The notes under the pieces: model-generated
Told to the model about the DNA's origin: nothing
What the model saw: the letters and a program-made list of their open reading frames with translations, nothing else
Database searches by the model: none
Shown: piece after piece, positions 50,101 to 58,785 of the stretch
Numbering within the stretch: the first letter of the stretch is position 1
How the letters are laid out: every line of letters starts with the position of its first letter
Position numbers and translations under genes: made by a program
Assembly (NCBI GenBank): GCA_965223265.1
Contig: OZ244999.1
Coordinates: 7,264,001 to 7,328,000, forward strand
Direction: 5' to 3'
Length of the DNA stretch: 64,000 nucleotides
Source: Planctomycetota bacterium
GTDB taxonomy: Bacteria; Planctomycetota; UBA8108; SXIK01

Positions 50101-50465
50101 CCACGCCAGGAGTCGAACAGTACGTCGACCGACGAGCGGCGGACAGTCTCCGGCGCACACTCAGTGGTCCGCTCGGCGCCGTCGAAGAAGGTCTCTTCTC
50201 GAAGTTCTACTATCAAGATTTTGGATTCTCCGCCAGCCTGCGCGATGGTGCGCTCTATCTCCAGGGCGACCATCGCGAAGGCGATACGGAGTACATCATG
50301 TTAGGACGCTGGTACCAGGTTCCCAGCATCAGTATCATCAACAGCAAGCCAGGGCGCCCCTACGACTGGGAAGCGATCGTCGCGAATGTTCGTTCGATCT
50401 ATGAACGCAAGCAAGAGTCGTCCTCGAAGACCCGACGCTCGGCACCAGACGCACCAACGAAATGA
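47178..50465 (+). CDS. AsmA-like / YdbH-like intermembrane bridge protein
   Basis: N-terminal TM anchor, long beta-rich body, LPLFGGRL, LDLEEMT, AFGGRI, F.YQDFGFSASLRDG; followed by a YdbL-like gene. Confidence 0.68.
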   Translation: MSSRTNTRRYSIIGTAARVVVALTFVAASVLAGTYLALPLLGLRGDLNALVAGIVRSAFSVPVSIGAVVTEPLSHLSITRLRTVALNAQGKVNFATDEISFHYDPLELIAGNLQKIEIRGPTMYLNLDADLNGVAQMPTLPAEDGVGRPPPPPGTRLLPFSSQETILHSGDVTLRVGGRELHLENLSVHVHNLGAAHDQRFSVRLAAFGAALKVDGRLDVTTGSDGARRYTFVDTTVSVERLALRRLIEWLASAEVVAAATSETEAARPAESETRSASRTAADAGPAADADNTDSESNSDSESELASVSVSASDSTLGIAASTLSARRRAAPLSGLSHQLLDLLQQASGSVQVEGALRGTWPDRVELTLTSRGHDLETRYADALTVSDGAANLTLECVALGGLDSVRFRLESGLSGQLESSALVTQQQARLSANGDVSRTSSAGAAGYRLNLEDFEAELISHVLGGGQNAQSEERRTEPSRTRGRLSQATFDTTQSRLAVATVDIASSPVPAAHILAHLPESLRPRHWGVEVGDTRVSVDFQARDVELDELGLAGKLMANLAFEPTDIRWARRETEARGVGLDVGVEIVSMRERSDLRVETVNSSDDPGHLQLRGQAALRFEEALVGDVYLPTSMRPWQLDVRSTYGTGGDSAAAIEIESARLEAAPFGTVFVTGHVIPAPATRDGGDAREPAVALEVRTGKLDVSRLFSTLVVEPHTLTYPWLAEAELDGRGAVDAEILGTFKALRATGRVRLEKSHAKVASLAATGLNVDLPFTIRPLAEQPPKSGFIKAKLFNVAGVRLNDVSVELRHRAGVYDVAQPVTLPLFGGRLNLSRLTLFGGPGRDVPTWRAELSAEDLDLEEMTQFAGWPTIRGTMNAVARPLHFRQGHLDWSGHLELRAFGGRIRFSDLTLDDVLQPYASLQLGEGSIENVRLREMGETFHFGIMSGILTGRAKNFQLTAGELSAFDLKLHTIPTPGVEQYVDRRAADSLRRTLSGPLGAVEEGLFSKFYYQDFGFSASLRDGALYLQGDHREGDTEYIMLGRWYQVPSISIINSKPGRPYDWEAIVANVRSIYERKQESSSKTRRSAPDAPTK

Positions 50466-50500
50466 CGCCATGCGCTTGAGCGAGCTTTCAGGAAGGAGGC

Positions 50501-51265
50501 GTGATGAGATCCCATGCTCTGTTCAAGTTCTGCGTTCACCCTTCGGAATCACCTAGGTCGACCATCTCCGCGGGGTCTCTGAGTGTGTGCGCACTCTTGG
50601 TCGGCTGCAGCATCAACATCCATATCCACTTCCCAGAGAAAGAGCTCGAAGACGCTGCCGACCAGATCGTCGAAGAAGTGCGTCCGACCATCGCGGTGAA
50701 CGACGTCGATTCCGAATCGAGAGAATTCGAACCACCGATTCTCGATCAACCGGTCGCACCAGAAGAGAGCGAAGAAGAGGTCAGAGTCGCTCCGGACCAA
50801 GAGCGCAGCGTGTGGGTCAGCTGGATTCTGGGTCGAAGGGCGCACGCTCAAGCGGCGACTGAGAAGATCAAAATCAACATCTCGTCGCCGAAGATCACGA
50901 AGATTAAGTTGTCGCTGAGAAAGCGCTTCCCGAAGCTAGTGCCGCACTACAAAAGCGGCAAGATCGGCGAAGGGTTTGACGGCTTCGTCGCGCTACGCGC
51001 AAAGAAACTCGGCCTCAAAGAGAAACGCGACCTCACCAAACTTCTCGCTGCAGAGAACATCGATCGGCGGAACCTCTACACGGCGATCGCGGTAGAGAAC
51101 GAAATCGATAAAAAGGACATTGGCAAAGTCGGCGAAGTCTTTAGCCGGTCGTGGCAAAAGAAGTGTCTGCCGGGATGGTGGATCGAACCAGTGAAAGGCA
51201 AGTGGGAGAAGAAGAAGAAAAAGAAAAAGAAGGACTCGAGCGTTCGCGCGGAGACTCAAGCCTGA
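50501..51265 (+). CDS. Lipoprotein with YnbE-like N-terminus and YdbL (DUF1318)-like domain
   Basis: LLVGC lipobox, INIHIHFP...EDAADQIVEEVR, GKIGEGFDG, AENIDRRNLYTAIA, PGWWI..GKW. Confidence 0.75.
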   Translation: MMRSHALFKFCVHPSESPRSTISAGSLSVCALLVGCSINIHIHFPEKELEDAADQIVEEVRPTIAVNDVDSESREFEPPILDQPVAPEESEEEVRVAPDQERSVWVSWILGRRAHAQAATEKIKINISSPKITKIKLSLRKRFPKLVPHYKSGKIGEGFDGFVALRAKKLGLKEKRDLTKLLAAENIDRRNLYTAIAVENEIDKKDIGKVGEVFSRSWQKKCLPGWWIEPVKGKWEKKKKKKKKDSSVRAETQA

Positions 51266-52255
51266 ATGAGTCTATCGCGCTTCCTGTCGCTCTACTGGTT
51301 TCTCATCCTCCTGGTCGTCGCCATCATCCTCGGAACACTGGCGCCGAATGCGGCGCACGTCGTCCGCAGCTCCGGATTTGTCATTCCCACGCTCGTCGGC
51401 GTGACGCTCTTCATCTCCGGCTTTACTCTCGACACCGGGCGCTTGATTCAGCAAGCGACCAACTTTCGCGCGATCGCGCTAGCGACGACGGCCACGTATC
51501 TCGTAGCGCCTCTGGCGGCCTACCTTCTTGCCGGGCTGTGGGCACCCGCATCGGTGGAAAAGAGTCAGCACTTTCTACCGGCACTGATGATCATGGCAGC
51601 GCAGGCGAGCACACTGGCAACGTCGATTGCACTCACCATGGTCGCCGCTGGCAACAAAGAGCTCGCCCTGATTCTGACACTCGCCTCGAGCCTCCTCACC
51701 GTGGTGCTGACTCCGATCATACTCGACGTCAGCCTCGGAGCAGTTGTCGCGTTCGACACGTCGCAAATGATCCGAGACATCGGGCTCGCTGTGGCGCTAC
51801 CCGTTTTTCTCGGTCAGATCGCCCGCCGTTTCCTGTGGAATCTCGCCGCGCCGCTGAAGCGTCCCCTGCGCGTTGTTCCCCAACTGATCATTCTTGTGTT
51901 CGTTTACACAGGATTCGCCAGCGCCGCTACGAAGCTTCAACAAGAGCCGGAGCTGGCGGCACTTTTTTTCGGCGCATGCGCCTCGCTGCATGTCCTTCTT
52001 TTGACCTGGAACTTCTCAGCAGCCCTCCTCTTCAAACTGCCGGCGTCGGACCGAACCGCTTTGGTCTTTTGCGGTTCCCAAAAGACGCTGCCGAACGGCA
52101 TCTTGGTGTGGACGAAGTTTTTTCCAGCCAACCCATACGGCGCCGTGCCTCTCGTCCTCTATCACCTTTGCCAACTCGTCATCGACACGCTACTCGTCCC
52201 TCTTTTCGAGAAGCAGAATGCCGGATCGTCGACGCCACCGCGGCAAACATCCTGA
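51266..52255 (+). CDS. Bile acid:sodium symporter family transporter
   Basis: About 10 TM segments; STLATSIALT..AGN, LTP, FCGSQKTL..G, PLVLYHLCQL. Confidence 0.85.
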   Translation: MSLSRFLSLYWFLILLVVAIILGTLAPNAAHVVRSSGFVIPTLVGVTLFISGFTLDTGRLIQQATNFRAIALATTATYLVAPLAAYLLAGLWAPASVEKSQHFLPALMIMAAQASTLATSIALTMVAAGNKELALILTLASSLLTVVLTPIILDVSLGAVVAFDTSQMIRDIGLAVALPVFLGQIARRFLWNLAAPLKRPLRVVPQLIILVFVYTGFASAATKLQQEPELAALFFGACASLHVLLLTWNFSAALLFKLPASDRTALVFCGSQKTLPNGILVWTKFFPANPYGAVPLVLYHLCQLVIDTLLVPLFEKQNAGSSTPPRQTS

Positions 52256-52961
52256 CGACGCGCGGCTGTTCTCCGTCTCGCAGCATGAAGCGCTGCGAGA
52301 CGCCGTGAGTGATCTGTCCTGGCTGCTGACGAGAGACTATGCGACCCCCTCGGCGGTCAAACTCGTCGGTGACCGCTACTCGCTGACCTCGAGGCAGCGA
52401 AACGCGGTCGGCAGGAGCGCCTGCTCCGACGAGTCGCTGGTGACTCGCGCCGCCTCCGAACGTCAGTTGCCCGCGCCGGGTGTCCGTCGAATCCACGTCG
52501 ACGCATACAACGTTCTGATCACCGTCGAGAGCCTGCTGGCAGGAGCCTACTTGTTTCGGGGCCGGGACGGCTGCATTCGAGATGTAGCGAGCCTGCACGG
52601 CACGTACCGTCTTGTCGAGGAGACGCCGCGAGCCCTAGAAGAAATCGGCGCACTCATCCGTCGGCTCGACATCGAAGAAGCGGTCTGGCTTCTCGACGCA
52701 CCCGTGTCAAACTCCGGTCGACTCGCCAGCCAGCTACGAGAGCTCGCAGCGCAGCGGGGTTGGCAATGGTCGGCACACGTGGTGCAGAACCCAGACCGCG
52801 AACTCGTCGCGGCGACATCGGAGCCAGTGGCCAGCACTACAGTGGTCGCGTCGTCAGACAGCTGGGTCCTCGAGCGCTGCGGCGCCTGGTGCAATCTCGT
52901 CGCCCATTTGATCGACGCTCACGCGGGCGATGATCAAGTCATCGATCTCGCTCCGGCTTAA
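52218..52961 (+). CDS. DUF434-family protein
   Basis: MPDRRRHRGKHP, DLSWLLTRDY, LVGDRYSL, VDAYNVLITVE, DGCIRD, LDAPVSNSGRL. Confidence 0.78.
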   Translation: MPDRRRHRGKHPDDARLFSVSQHEALRDAVSDLSWLLTRDYATPSAVKLVGDRYSLTSRQRNAVGRSACSDESLVTRAASERQLPAPGVRRIHVDAYNVLITVESLLAGAYLFRGRDGCIRDVASLHGTYRLVEETPRALEEIGALIRRLDIEEAVWLLDAPVSNSGRLASQLRELAAQRGWQWSAHVVQNPDRELVAATSEPVASTTVVASSDSWVLERCGAWCNLVAHLIDAHAGDDQVIDLAPA

Positions 52962-53071
52962 CAGCCTGTTGAGAATTCGAGCTATGACGGAGCTGGTGCC
53001 GGTTGCCGAGGAGATACTCGCGCCGACTCTTTTCTTTGGGCCACCTGCGTCAGGCTTGCTTCACGGGCCGA

Positions 53072-53194
53072 CTACTTCGACGCTTTCTCTTCCTTTTTGC
53101 GCCGGCGGCGCTTGCTCTTCGGAGAGGGGCGCGTCTTTCCATTCGTACCGCGGCAAATCTTGCTGCGCCGACCGCGAGGATCACCTCGTCCCAT
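53072..53194 (-). CDS. thx: 30S ribosomal protein THX-like (bTHX/PSRP4 family), 40 aa
   Basis: Not in ORF track. Translates to MGRGDPRGRRSKICRGTNGKTRPSPKSKRRRRKKEEKASK; AGGAG RBS 6 nt before ATG; matches the MG(K/R)GD...R.KI.RGT.GK.RP pattern. Confidence 0.8.
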   Translation of the reverse strand: MGRGDPRGRRSKICRGTNGKTRPSPKSKRRRRKKEEKASK

Positions 53195-53341
53195 GTCTCA
53201 CTCCTGGTTCTATTGGCTAGTGCAGCGATCAAGGATCGCGCCGATGAGTTCGAAAAGTCGATCGGGCGGAACACCGCACCGACGAACGGTGCCGCGCACC
53301 GAGTCACGCAGCTTAGCCCTGCCGACGGCGCCGCGCAACCG

Positions 53342-53695
53342 TCAAAGAAGCTCCCGAACGTTTTCGGGCGGCCGACCCAGCACCGCCTTGCCGCCGCGCA
53401 GCACGATGGGACGCTCGATGAGGATCGGATTTTCACTCATCAGCTGCAGCCACTCGTCCCGCGTCATGTCGGCGGTCGGCGCGACTCCGAGCTCCTTGAG
53501 CCGCGGTTCCTTCTTGCGCAGCAGTTCCTGGGGCTCAAGGCCCAAGCGCTGGCAGATCTCATCGAGCTGCTGCGGTGTTGGCGGATCTTTGAGGTATTCG
53601 ATGACCTCGACTTCGGCGCCTTCGGCCTCGAGGAGCGAGAAAGTCTGACGGCTCTTGCTGCAGCGCGGATTGTGGTAGATCGTCACCTTCGGCAT
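53342..53695 (-). CDS. arsC: Arsenate reductase family protein (glutaredoxin-dependent ArsC type)
   Basis: TIYHNPRCSKSR, EYLKDPP, PILIERPIV, GRPPE. Confidence 0.85.
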   Translation of the reverse strand: MPKVTIYHNPRCSKSRQTFSLLEAEGAEVEVIEYLKDPPTPQQLDEICQRLGLEPQELLRKKEPRLKELGVAPTADMTRDEWLQLMSENPILIERPIVLRGGKAVLGRPPENVRELL

Positions 53696-53828
53696 GTGTC
53701 ACCAATCCCGGTCGCCTCTTGCGTCGCCGTGCTAGCGGCGACCAAACCTGCTCGCCGCGCATGGTAGCCGATCGGCGGCCTCCGCACCAGGCGTCGTCGA
53801 TAACAGAAGGTCGCGGACACGGCGGCGG

Positions 53829-55379
53829 CTACTTCTCGCCCCGATCCTCGTGCAGCTCCTGGCGGCCGTCCAGCCGCACATAGGTATCCTCGTCGATTCT
53901 GCGCGCCCGACCAGCGCCGGCCAGGTACTCGAGCGCCGCACGCGTCGTTCGCTCGGTGAGCTCGAGCATGCGACCATGGACTGAGGGATAGATCACCGCG
54001 GCAATCTCGCCAACAGTGCGTGGTGTCCTGTCCAAGCGCTGAAAGCACTGTTCGATGCGCCGGTGCCGATGCTTGAGCGTCCCCTCGATCAGCTGCGCCG
54101 GCGCTTCAGAGGGCGAGCCGTGCGATGGATAGAGAACCTTAGCGTCGAGGTCACCGATGCGACGCAGCGAATCAAAGTAGTCGGCAAGATCTCCGCCAGG
54201 TGAACCGACGTACATGCTGACGATTGTCGAAACGAGATCACCGACAAGGGCGGAGCCGTGGCGTCGATCGTAGAGCGCGATGTGACCGGCGGCGTGACCG
54301 GGTGTGAACAGAACCTCAAGTTCCCAGCTGCGGCGCCCGTCGGGACTGCGTCCGAGTGCGATCCGGTCCCCGTCCGCGAGCACCCGGTCGACTGGCCGTT
54401 TGAGAAGCTCTGCGGTTGTCGCATGGGCCCAGACCGGAAGCTCGAATTGAGCTGCGACAGCGTCGAGTGCGCCGACATGATCGGGGTGGTGATGCGTCAG
54501 GACAACGGCAAGAGGCGTGTGGCCACGCGCGACGCGGCGCTCGATGACCGCAAGGAGATGTCTCCGCGGCGTCGGTTCTCGAGGTGCGGGGTCGACCACG
54601 ATGAACTCTTCGTCACCGACCAAGAAGGCATTCGTCGGTGTCGTCTCGGGAAGAGGTGGTGTCTTCAGCGGCACGATCTCGTACCCGGGCGCAAACGCCA
54701 CCGCACGATCAGACTCGTCGAACTCGGACGGGCAGGCGCGGAGCGTCTGGATCGCCTCGTCGAGCGGCCGCGATAAAAACTCCTCGAGCACCGCGACGAT
54801 GGGCGCAGCCAGTTTGATCTCTCCTCCGCGCCACGCGGCGAGCGCCGCCGAAGGCCGAAACCAGCCGCCGCTGGTGAGCTCACCGTCGACGATGGACGGC
54901 GCCGCCGGCCGGCGCGTCAGAAAGAACGTTGTGTCATAACGACGCCGCGAGAACTTCGGCGTCACAAGCCGAGTCAGTGTTTCGACGTCTACGCGCGCCA
55001 ATTTGTAGCCTGCAGACTCGACAAAATCCCAAAAGAGAGAGGCATCTGCGTCCACCGCAAGTAGCTTGTGCCGCAGCTCAGACAGCGCAGCAGCGGTGAC
55101 CTCGCACAGCTGAGGCTCGTCGAGGAGGAGCACGCCGGTCTCCTCGAACAACTCGCGGATGGCGCACGCAAGCACAAGATCCTCGTCAGCCCGCGTCAGG
55201 CCAAGCCGCCCGGCGTCTTCGTTCTCGGTGCAGCCGCCGGGAAACGCGTAGCAGCCCGCAAACGCCCTGAGGCGCGCAGAGCGCTCAACAAGGAAGACCT
55301 CAAGGTCATCGGCGTGTCCCGACAACACCGTCCCGCCCGCGAGTGGGCGAATCAGAACTACCAGCGCGGAGCGAAGCAT
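53829..55379 (-). CDS. NUDIX + metallo-beta-lactamase-fold hydrolase fusion
   Basis: FPGG...CAIRELFEETGV and RRYDTTFF; then VVDP, LTHHHPDHVG, TPGHAAGH, VGD, PSHG; winged-helix-like tail. Confidence 0.88.
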   Translation of the reverse strand: MLRSALVVLIRPLAGGTVLSGHADDLEVFLVERSARLRAFAGCYAFPGGCTENEDAGRLGLTRADEDLVLACAIRELFEETGVLLLDEPQLCEVTAAALSELRHKLLAVDADASLFWDFVESAGYKLARVDVETLTRLVTPKFSRRRYDTTFFLTRRPAAPSIVDGELTSGGWFRPSAALAAWRGGEIKLAAPIVAVLEEFLSRPLDEAIQTLRACPSEFDESDRAVAFAPGYEIVPLKTPPLPETTPTNAFLVGDEEFIVVDPAPREPTPRRHLLAVIERRVARGHTPLAVVLTHHHPDHVGALDAVAAQFELPVWAHATTAELLKRPVDRVLADGDRIALGRSPDGRRSWELEVLFTPGHAAGHIALYDRRHGSALVGDLVSTIVSMYVGSPGGDLADYFDSLRRIGDLDAKVLYPSHGSPSEAPAQLIEGTLKHRHRRIEQCFQRLDRTPRTVGEIAAVIYPSVHGRMLELTERTTRAALEYLAGAGRARRIDEDTYVRLDGRQELHEDRGEK

Positions 55380-55387
55380 GTTGAGCC

Positions 55388-56656
55388 TCAGCGGAAGCGG
55401 CGACGAAAGAGCGCGAAGATCTCCTTTGCACGCTCGATCTGTGCGGAGCGTTCGGAAGTTTGAAGCGGCGCGGACGGCGGTGAGGCGCCCTCACCATGAC
55501 ACTGGGAACAATTCCTCGAGGCGTCCGATTCGGCCATGACCAGTTCGGTCATGACATGAGTCAGCTCGCGCGCCGACTTGGCGGCGACGCCCGCCTCACC
55601 CACGGCCTCACCAGGAATCTTGGAGGCGATCTCCGAGACACACTCCGAAGAGCTCTGGCGCCATGGAGGCTCGCCGCGACGCCACCTCGTGCGGTCAAAC
55701 TGCCACACCGCCCAGCGCCGCCCAGCGCCATAGCCTTCGAGGATCAAACACTCACTTGGCAGGGGCAAAAAGAGAGGCCTACCCTCAGGCGACTGGGCAA
55801 CGCGCAGGCGCAGGATCGCCCGCACGTCGTCCGCGCCGCTCACGTCGCGTCGCCGCAGCGCGATCGTCCACCGCAAGTCGGCAGGGTTGAGCAGGTGCTC
55901 GGCGGGAAGCCGCGGAAAATTGATCTCCCAACTGCCTCTGGTTAGTGGCGGGGGCGCTGGCGATACGAACGTTGGCGCGGCGATCTGCAAAGCGGTGGCG
56001 CTCACGACCTCTGCCGCCTTCTCCAGAGTGAGACGTCGAAGTCGATCGAGGTCAGGCGCCGCTGTGTTCAGGTCGGTTTCGAGACCGTTTTCGCTCTCGG
56101 GATGAAGCCCTGCACGCAGTGGCCCCTGCGACGCCAGCAGATGCGCGAAAGCAAGTACGTCGCAGTGAAAGAGAAGCGACGCGCCATTGGCCCCGGGCGA
56201 CCCGGCGACGGCACGATCGGACGCCAGATCGTCACCGATTTCTGCGAGGAGCGCGGCGAGCTCGGCGAAGTCTTCGGGACTGTACTCGCCGGCCCAAGGG
56301 GTCGGACGGTCTGCCGGGGCCGGTGCGTCCTCCGACGATGAGCCAGCGTCCATTGGACTTGGGCCACCGACCGCCGCAGCCGCCGCGGCAGCGCCCTCTT
56401 GAAGTCGCTGGCGACGCCGAAACGCGCGCTGAAACCATCGATTCCGTGCGTCTGCCGCATTGTCAGCATAGATTGGTAACAGCCACTGCGACGACGGCGA
56501 CGGCGACGATGGCAACCGCGGTGGAATCTCGTAGCACGAGGCGAGAAGAGTCACGCTCAACGAAATCGCCGCGGCTCTCAGCCACAGGCAAGCAGGAGCA
56601 AGACGAGCCAGGCGGCGCCGGCACAGCTGAGGTGGAGACGTTCCGGATTCCCTCAT
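55388..56656 (-). CDS. Hypothetical lipoprotein with a single C-terminal CxxCH motif
   Basis: LLASC lipobox; NCSQCHGE near the C-terminus; stop lies 8 bp before the next gene; start uncertain. Confidence 0.55.
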   Translation of the reverse strand: MRESGTSPPQLCRRRLARLAPACLWLRAAAISLSVTLLASCYEIPPRLPSSPSPSSQWLLPIYADNAADARNRWFQRAFRRRQRLQEGAAAAAAAVGGPSPMDAGSSSEDAPAPADRPTPWAGEYSPEDFAELAALLAEIGDDLASDRAVAGSPGANGASLLFHCDVLAFAHLLASQGPLRAGLHPESENGLETDLNTAAPDLDRLRRLTLEKAAEVVSATALQIAAPTFVSPAPPPLTRGSWEINFPRLPAEHLLNPADLRWTIALRRRDVSGADDVRAILRLRVAQSPEGRPLFLPLPSECLILEGYGAGRRWAVWQFDRTRWRRGEPPWRQSSSECVSEIASKIPGEAVGEAGVAAKSARELTHVMTELVMAESDASRNCSQCHGEGASPPSAPLQTSERSAQIERAKEIFALFRRRFR

Positions 56657-56750
56657 GATCTTCAGAAACAGCGGCTGGGAAACGATAAAAAGAAGTCCGG
56701 TGTACCGGGAAAGAGCCGATCGCCCCTGAGAGACTGAGGAGTTCGCTTTC

Positions 56751-57608
56751 ATGACGCCACGAGCACGGAGGAGCCTCTCGCCCGACGAGTTCGTTCTCTC
56801 AGTCATCATTCCCGTTTACAACGAGAGAGAGACTGTCACCGAGCTCATCGCTCGCGTCAAGGGGGCGCCGTTCAAGAAGCAGATTGTCGTCGTCGATGAC
56901 GCCTCCTCGGATGGCACGCAAGAGCAGCTGCAACAACTCGACACGGCCGGAGAAATCGATCATCTCATTCTGCACGAGCGGAATCGAGGCAAAGGCGCCG
57001 CTCTCCGCTCGGGCTTCGCCGCCGCGCAGGGTGACGTGGTCTTGATCCAAGACGCCGACCTCGAATACGACCCGGCGGAATACCCCAAGCTTCTACAGCC
57101 GTTCTTCGAGGGCCGCGCAGACGTCGTTTACGGCTCACGTTTTCTCACCGGCATGGCGCACCGCGTCCTGTTCTTCTGGCACATGCTGGCCAACAAGAGT
57201 TTGACGCTCCTCTCCAACATGTTCACGAATCTCAACCTGACCGACATGGAGACTTGCTACAAAGTCTTTCGGCGGGAGGTGATTCAGGCGATCGAGCTCA
57301 AGGAGGACCGCTTCGGTTTCGAGCCGGAGGTCACGGCCAAGGTAGCGAAGCTTCGTTGCCGCATTTACGAAGTCGGCATCTCCTACGACGGACGGAGCTA
57401 CGGCGAAGGCAAGAAGATCGGCTGGAAGGACGCGGTGTCCGCGTTTATCTGCGTTCTACGCTACAACCTCTTCTATCGCCCCTCGAAGAGCATCGACGAA
57501 ATCCTCGGCACGTCGGCAGGCGGCGACGAACAGCAGTCGGATAGCGACTCCAGCGCTACCGGCGACGAAAGCGGCGTCACCGCGTTCGATACCCGGACGG
57601 CGAACTGA
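56751..57608 (+). CDS. Glycosyltransferase family 2 (DPM1-like)
   Basis: [56 protein letters not shown]. Confidence 0.93.
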   Translation: MTPRARRSLSPDEFVLSVIIPVYNERETVTELIARVKGAPFKKQIVVVDDASSDGTQEQLQQLDTAGEIDHLILHERNRGKGAALRSGFAAAQGDVVLIQDADLEYDPAEYPKLLQPFFEGRADVVYGSRFLTGMAHRVLFFWHMLANKSLTLLSNMFTNLNLTDMETCYKVFRREVIQAIELKEDRFGFEPEVTAKVAKLRCRIYEVGISYDGRSYGEGKKIGWKDAVSAFICVLRYNLFYRPSKSIDEILGTSAGGDEQQSDSDSSATGDESGVTAFDTRTAN

Positions 57609-57756
57609 TCGGCCATCGTCGCATCCCAGCTCGCGCAGCGCTGGGTAGCCTTGATCGGCCTCGTTGCCGCGGCTACCATGGCCCAGCCCACGAGCTCCCC
57701 ACGGCATTCACAGCGTGTTGAGCTCGGTCACAGCTGAATATGGAGATGGTGTCCCG

Positions 57757-58716
57757 ATGAAAACACTTGTTTCATGCACACTCTGCCTTGGGCTTCTTGG
57801 CGCGGTTCTCGTCGCAGGCTGCCAGCCGAGCGACAGTGGCCGGCCCCAACTCGCCTTCGTGACGAACAACCCGAGCGACTTCTGGAAGTTCGCGCGCGCC
57901 GGCATTCGCAAAGCGGAAAAAGAGTTCGGTGTCGACGTGGAGTTTCTAACCCCAGGCGATGGCACGGCAGGACGTCAGCGAACGCTCATCGAGACGGAAA
58001 TCGCCCGCGGCAAGCAGGGTATGGCGGTGAGCGTTCTCGATCCCAAGGGTGCAATCGACTTGTTGAACGAAGCCGCCAAGAAGATGCATGTTGTTACGCA
58101 AGATTCCGATTGCCCCGAGTCGAACCGGCGCGCATACATCGGCACGAACAATGTCGACGCTGGTCGCGTCGCGGGCGAAGAGATCGTCAAGGCGCTTCCT
58201 GAAGGCGGCAACGTTGTTCTTTTCGTGGGCAAGCTCGACGTGGCGAACGCGCGCGAACGCCGACAGGGCATCATCGAAGCCACGAAAGATCACGGCGTCA
58301 AGATCTTAGAGACGTTTACCGACGAGGGGGATCGACCGCGAGCGCAGCAAAACGTGCGCAATGCGCTGAACAAGTACCAGGACGTGGATGCTTTGGTCGG
58401 GCTGTGGGAATACAATCCGCCGGCAATCATTCGCGTCGTCAAGGAGAAGAAGCTCGAAGGCAAGATCAAGATCGTTGGCTTCGACGAAAACGATGCCACA
58501 CTGCAGGCGATCGAAGACGGCGTCGTCGAATCGACCGTCGTCCAGCAGCCCTACGAGTTCGGATACCAGTCAATCCGCACGCTCTCTCGCCTGATTCGAA
58601 ACGAAGACCCAGAGATTCCCGCGAATGGCCTTCTCTATATCCCCGTGAAAGTCATCAACAAGTCGAACGTCAAAGAGTTCCGCAAGTCTGTGGCGGAGAT
58701 GCTTGCCGAAGGTTGA
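57757..58716 (+). CDS. Sugar ABC transporter substrate-binding lipoprotein (RbsB-like)
   Basis: VAGC lipobox, DSD, YIGTNN..AG, ARER, IVGFD, VVQQPYEFGY. Confidence 0.9.
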   Translation: MKTLVSCTLCLGLLGAVLVAGCQPSDSGRPQLAFVTNNPSDFWKFARAGIRKAEKEFGVDVEFLTPGDGTAGRQRTLIETEIARGKQGMAVSVLDPKGAIDLLNEAAKKMHVVTQDSDCPESNRRAYIGTNNVDAGRVAGEEIVKALPEGGNVVLFVGKLDVANARERRQGIIEATKDHGVKILETFTDEGDRPRAQQNVRNALNKYQDVDALVGLWEYNPPAIIRVVKEKKLEGKIKIVGFDENDATLQAIEDGVVESTVVQQPYEFGYQSIRTLSRLIRNEDPEIPANGLLYIPVKVINKSNVKEFRKSVAEMLAEG

Positions 58717-58785
58717 CACGGACGACCTGAGCCTCCCGCGCCGCCGGTGCCCAGCTGCCTTCTCTCATCATCTCATGTCGATCTG

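Noticed and set aside
51206-51232. A-rich poly-Lys run as a phase-variation or frameshift site
   Set aside because: Mixed AAG/AAA codons with no long homopolymer, at the end of an intact gene.
53342-53695. Arsenic-resistance operon
   Set aside because: No arsR, arsB or acr3 adjacent; solitary ArsC-family genes are common.
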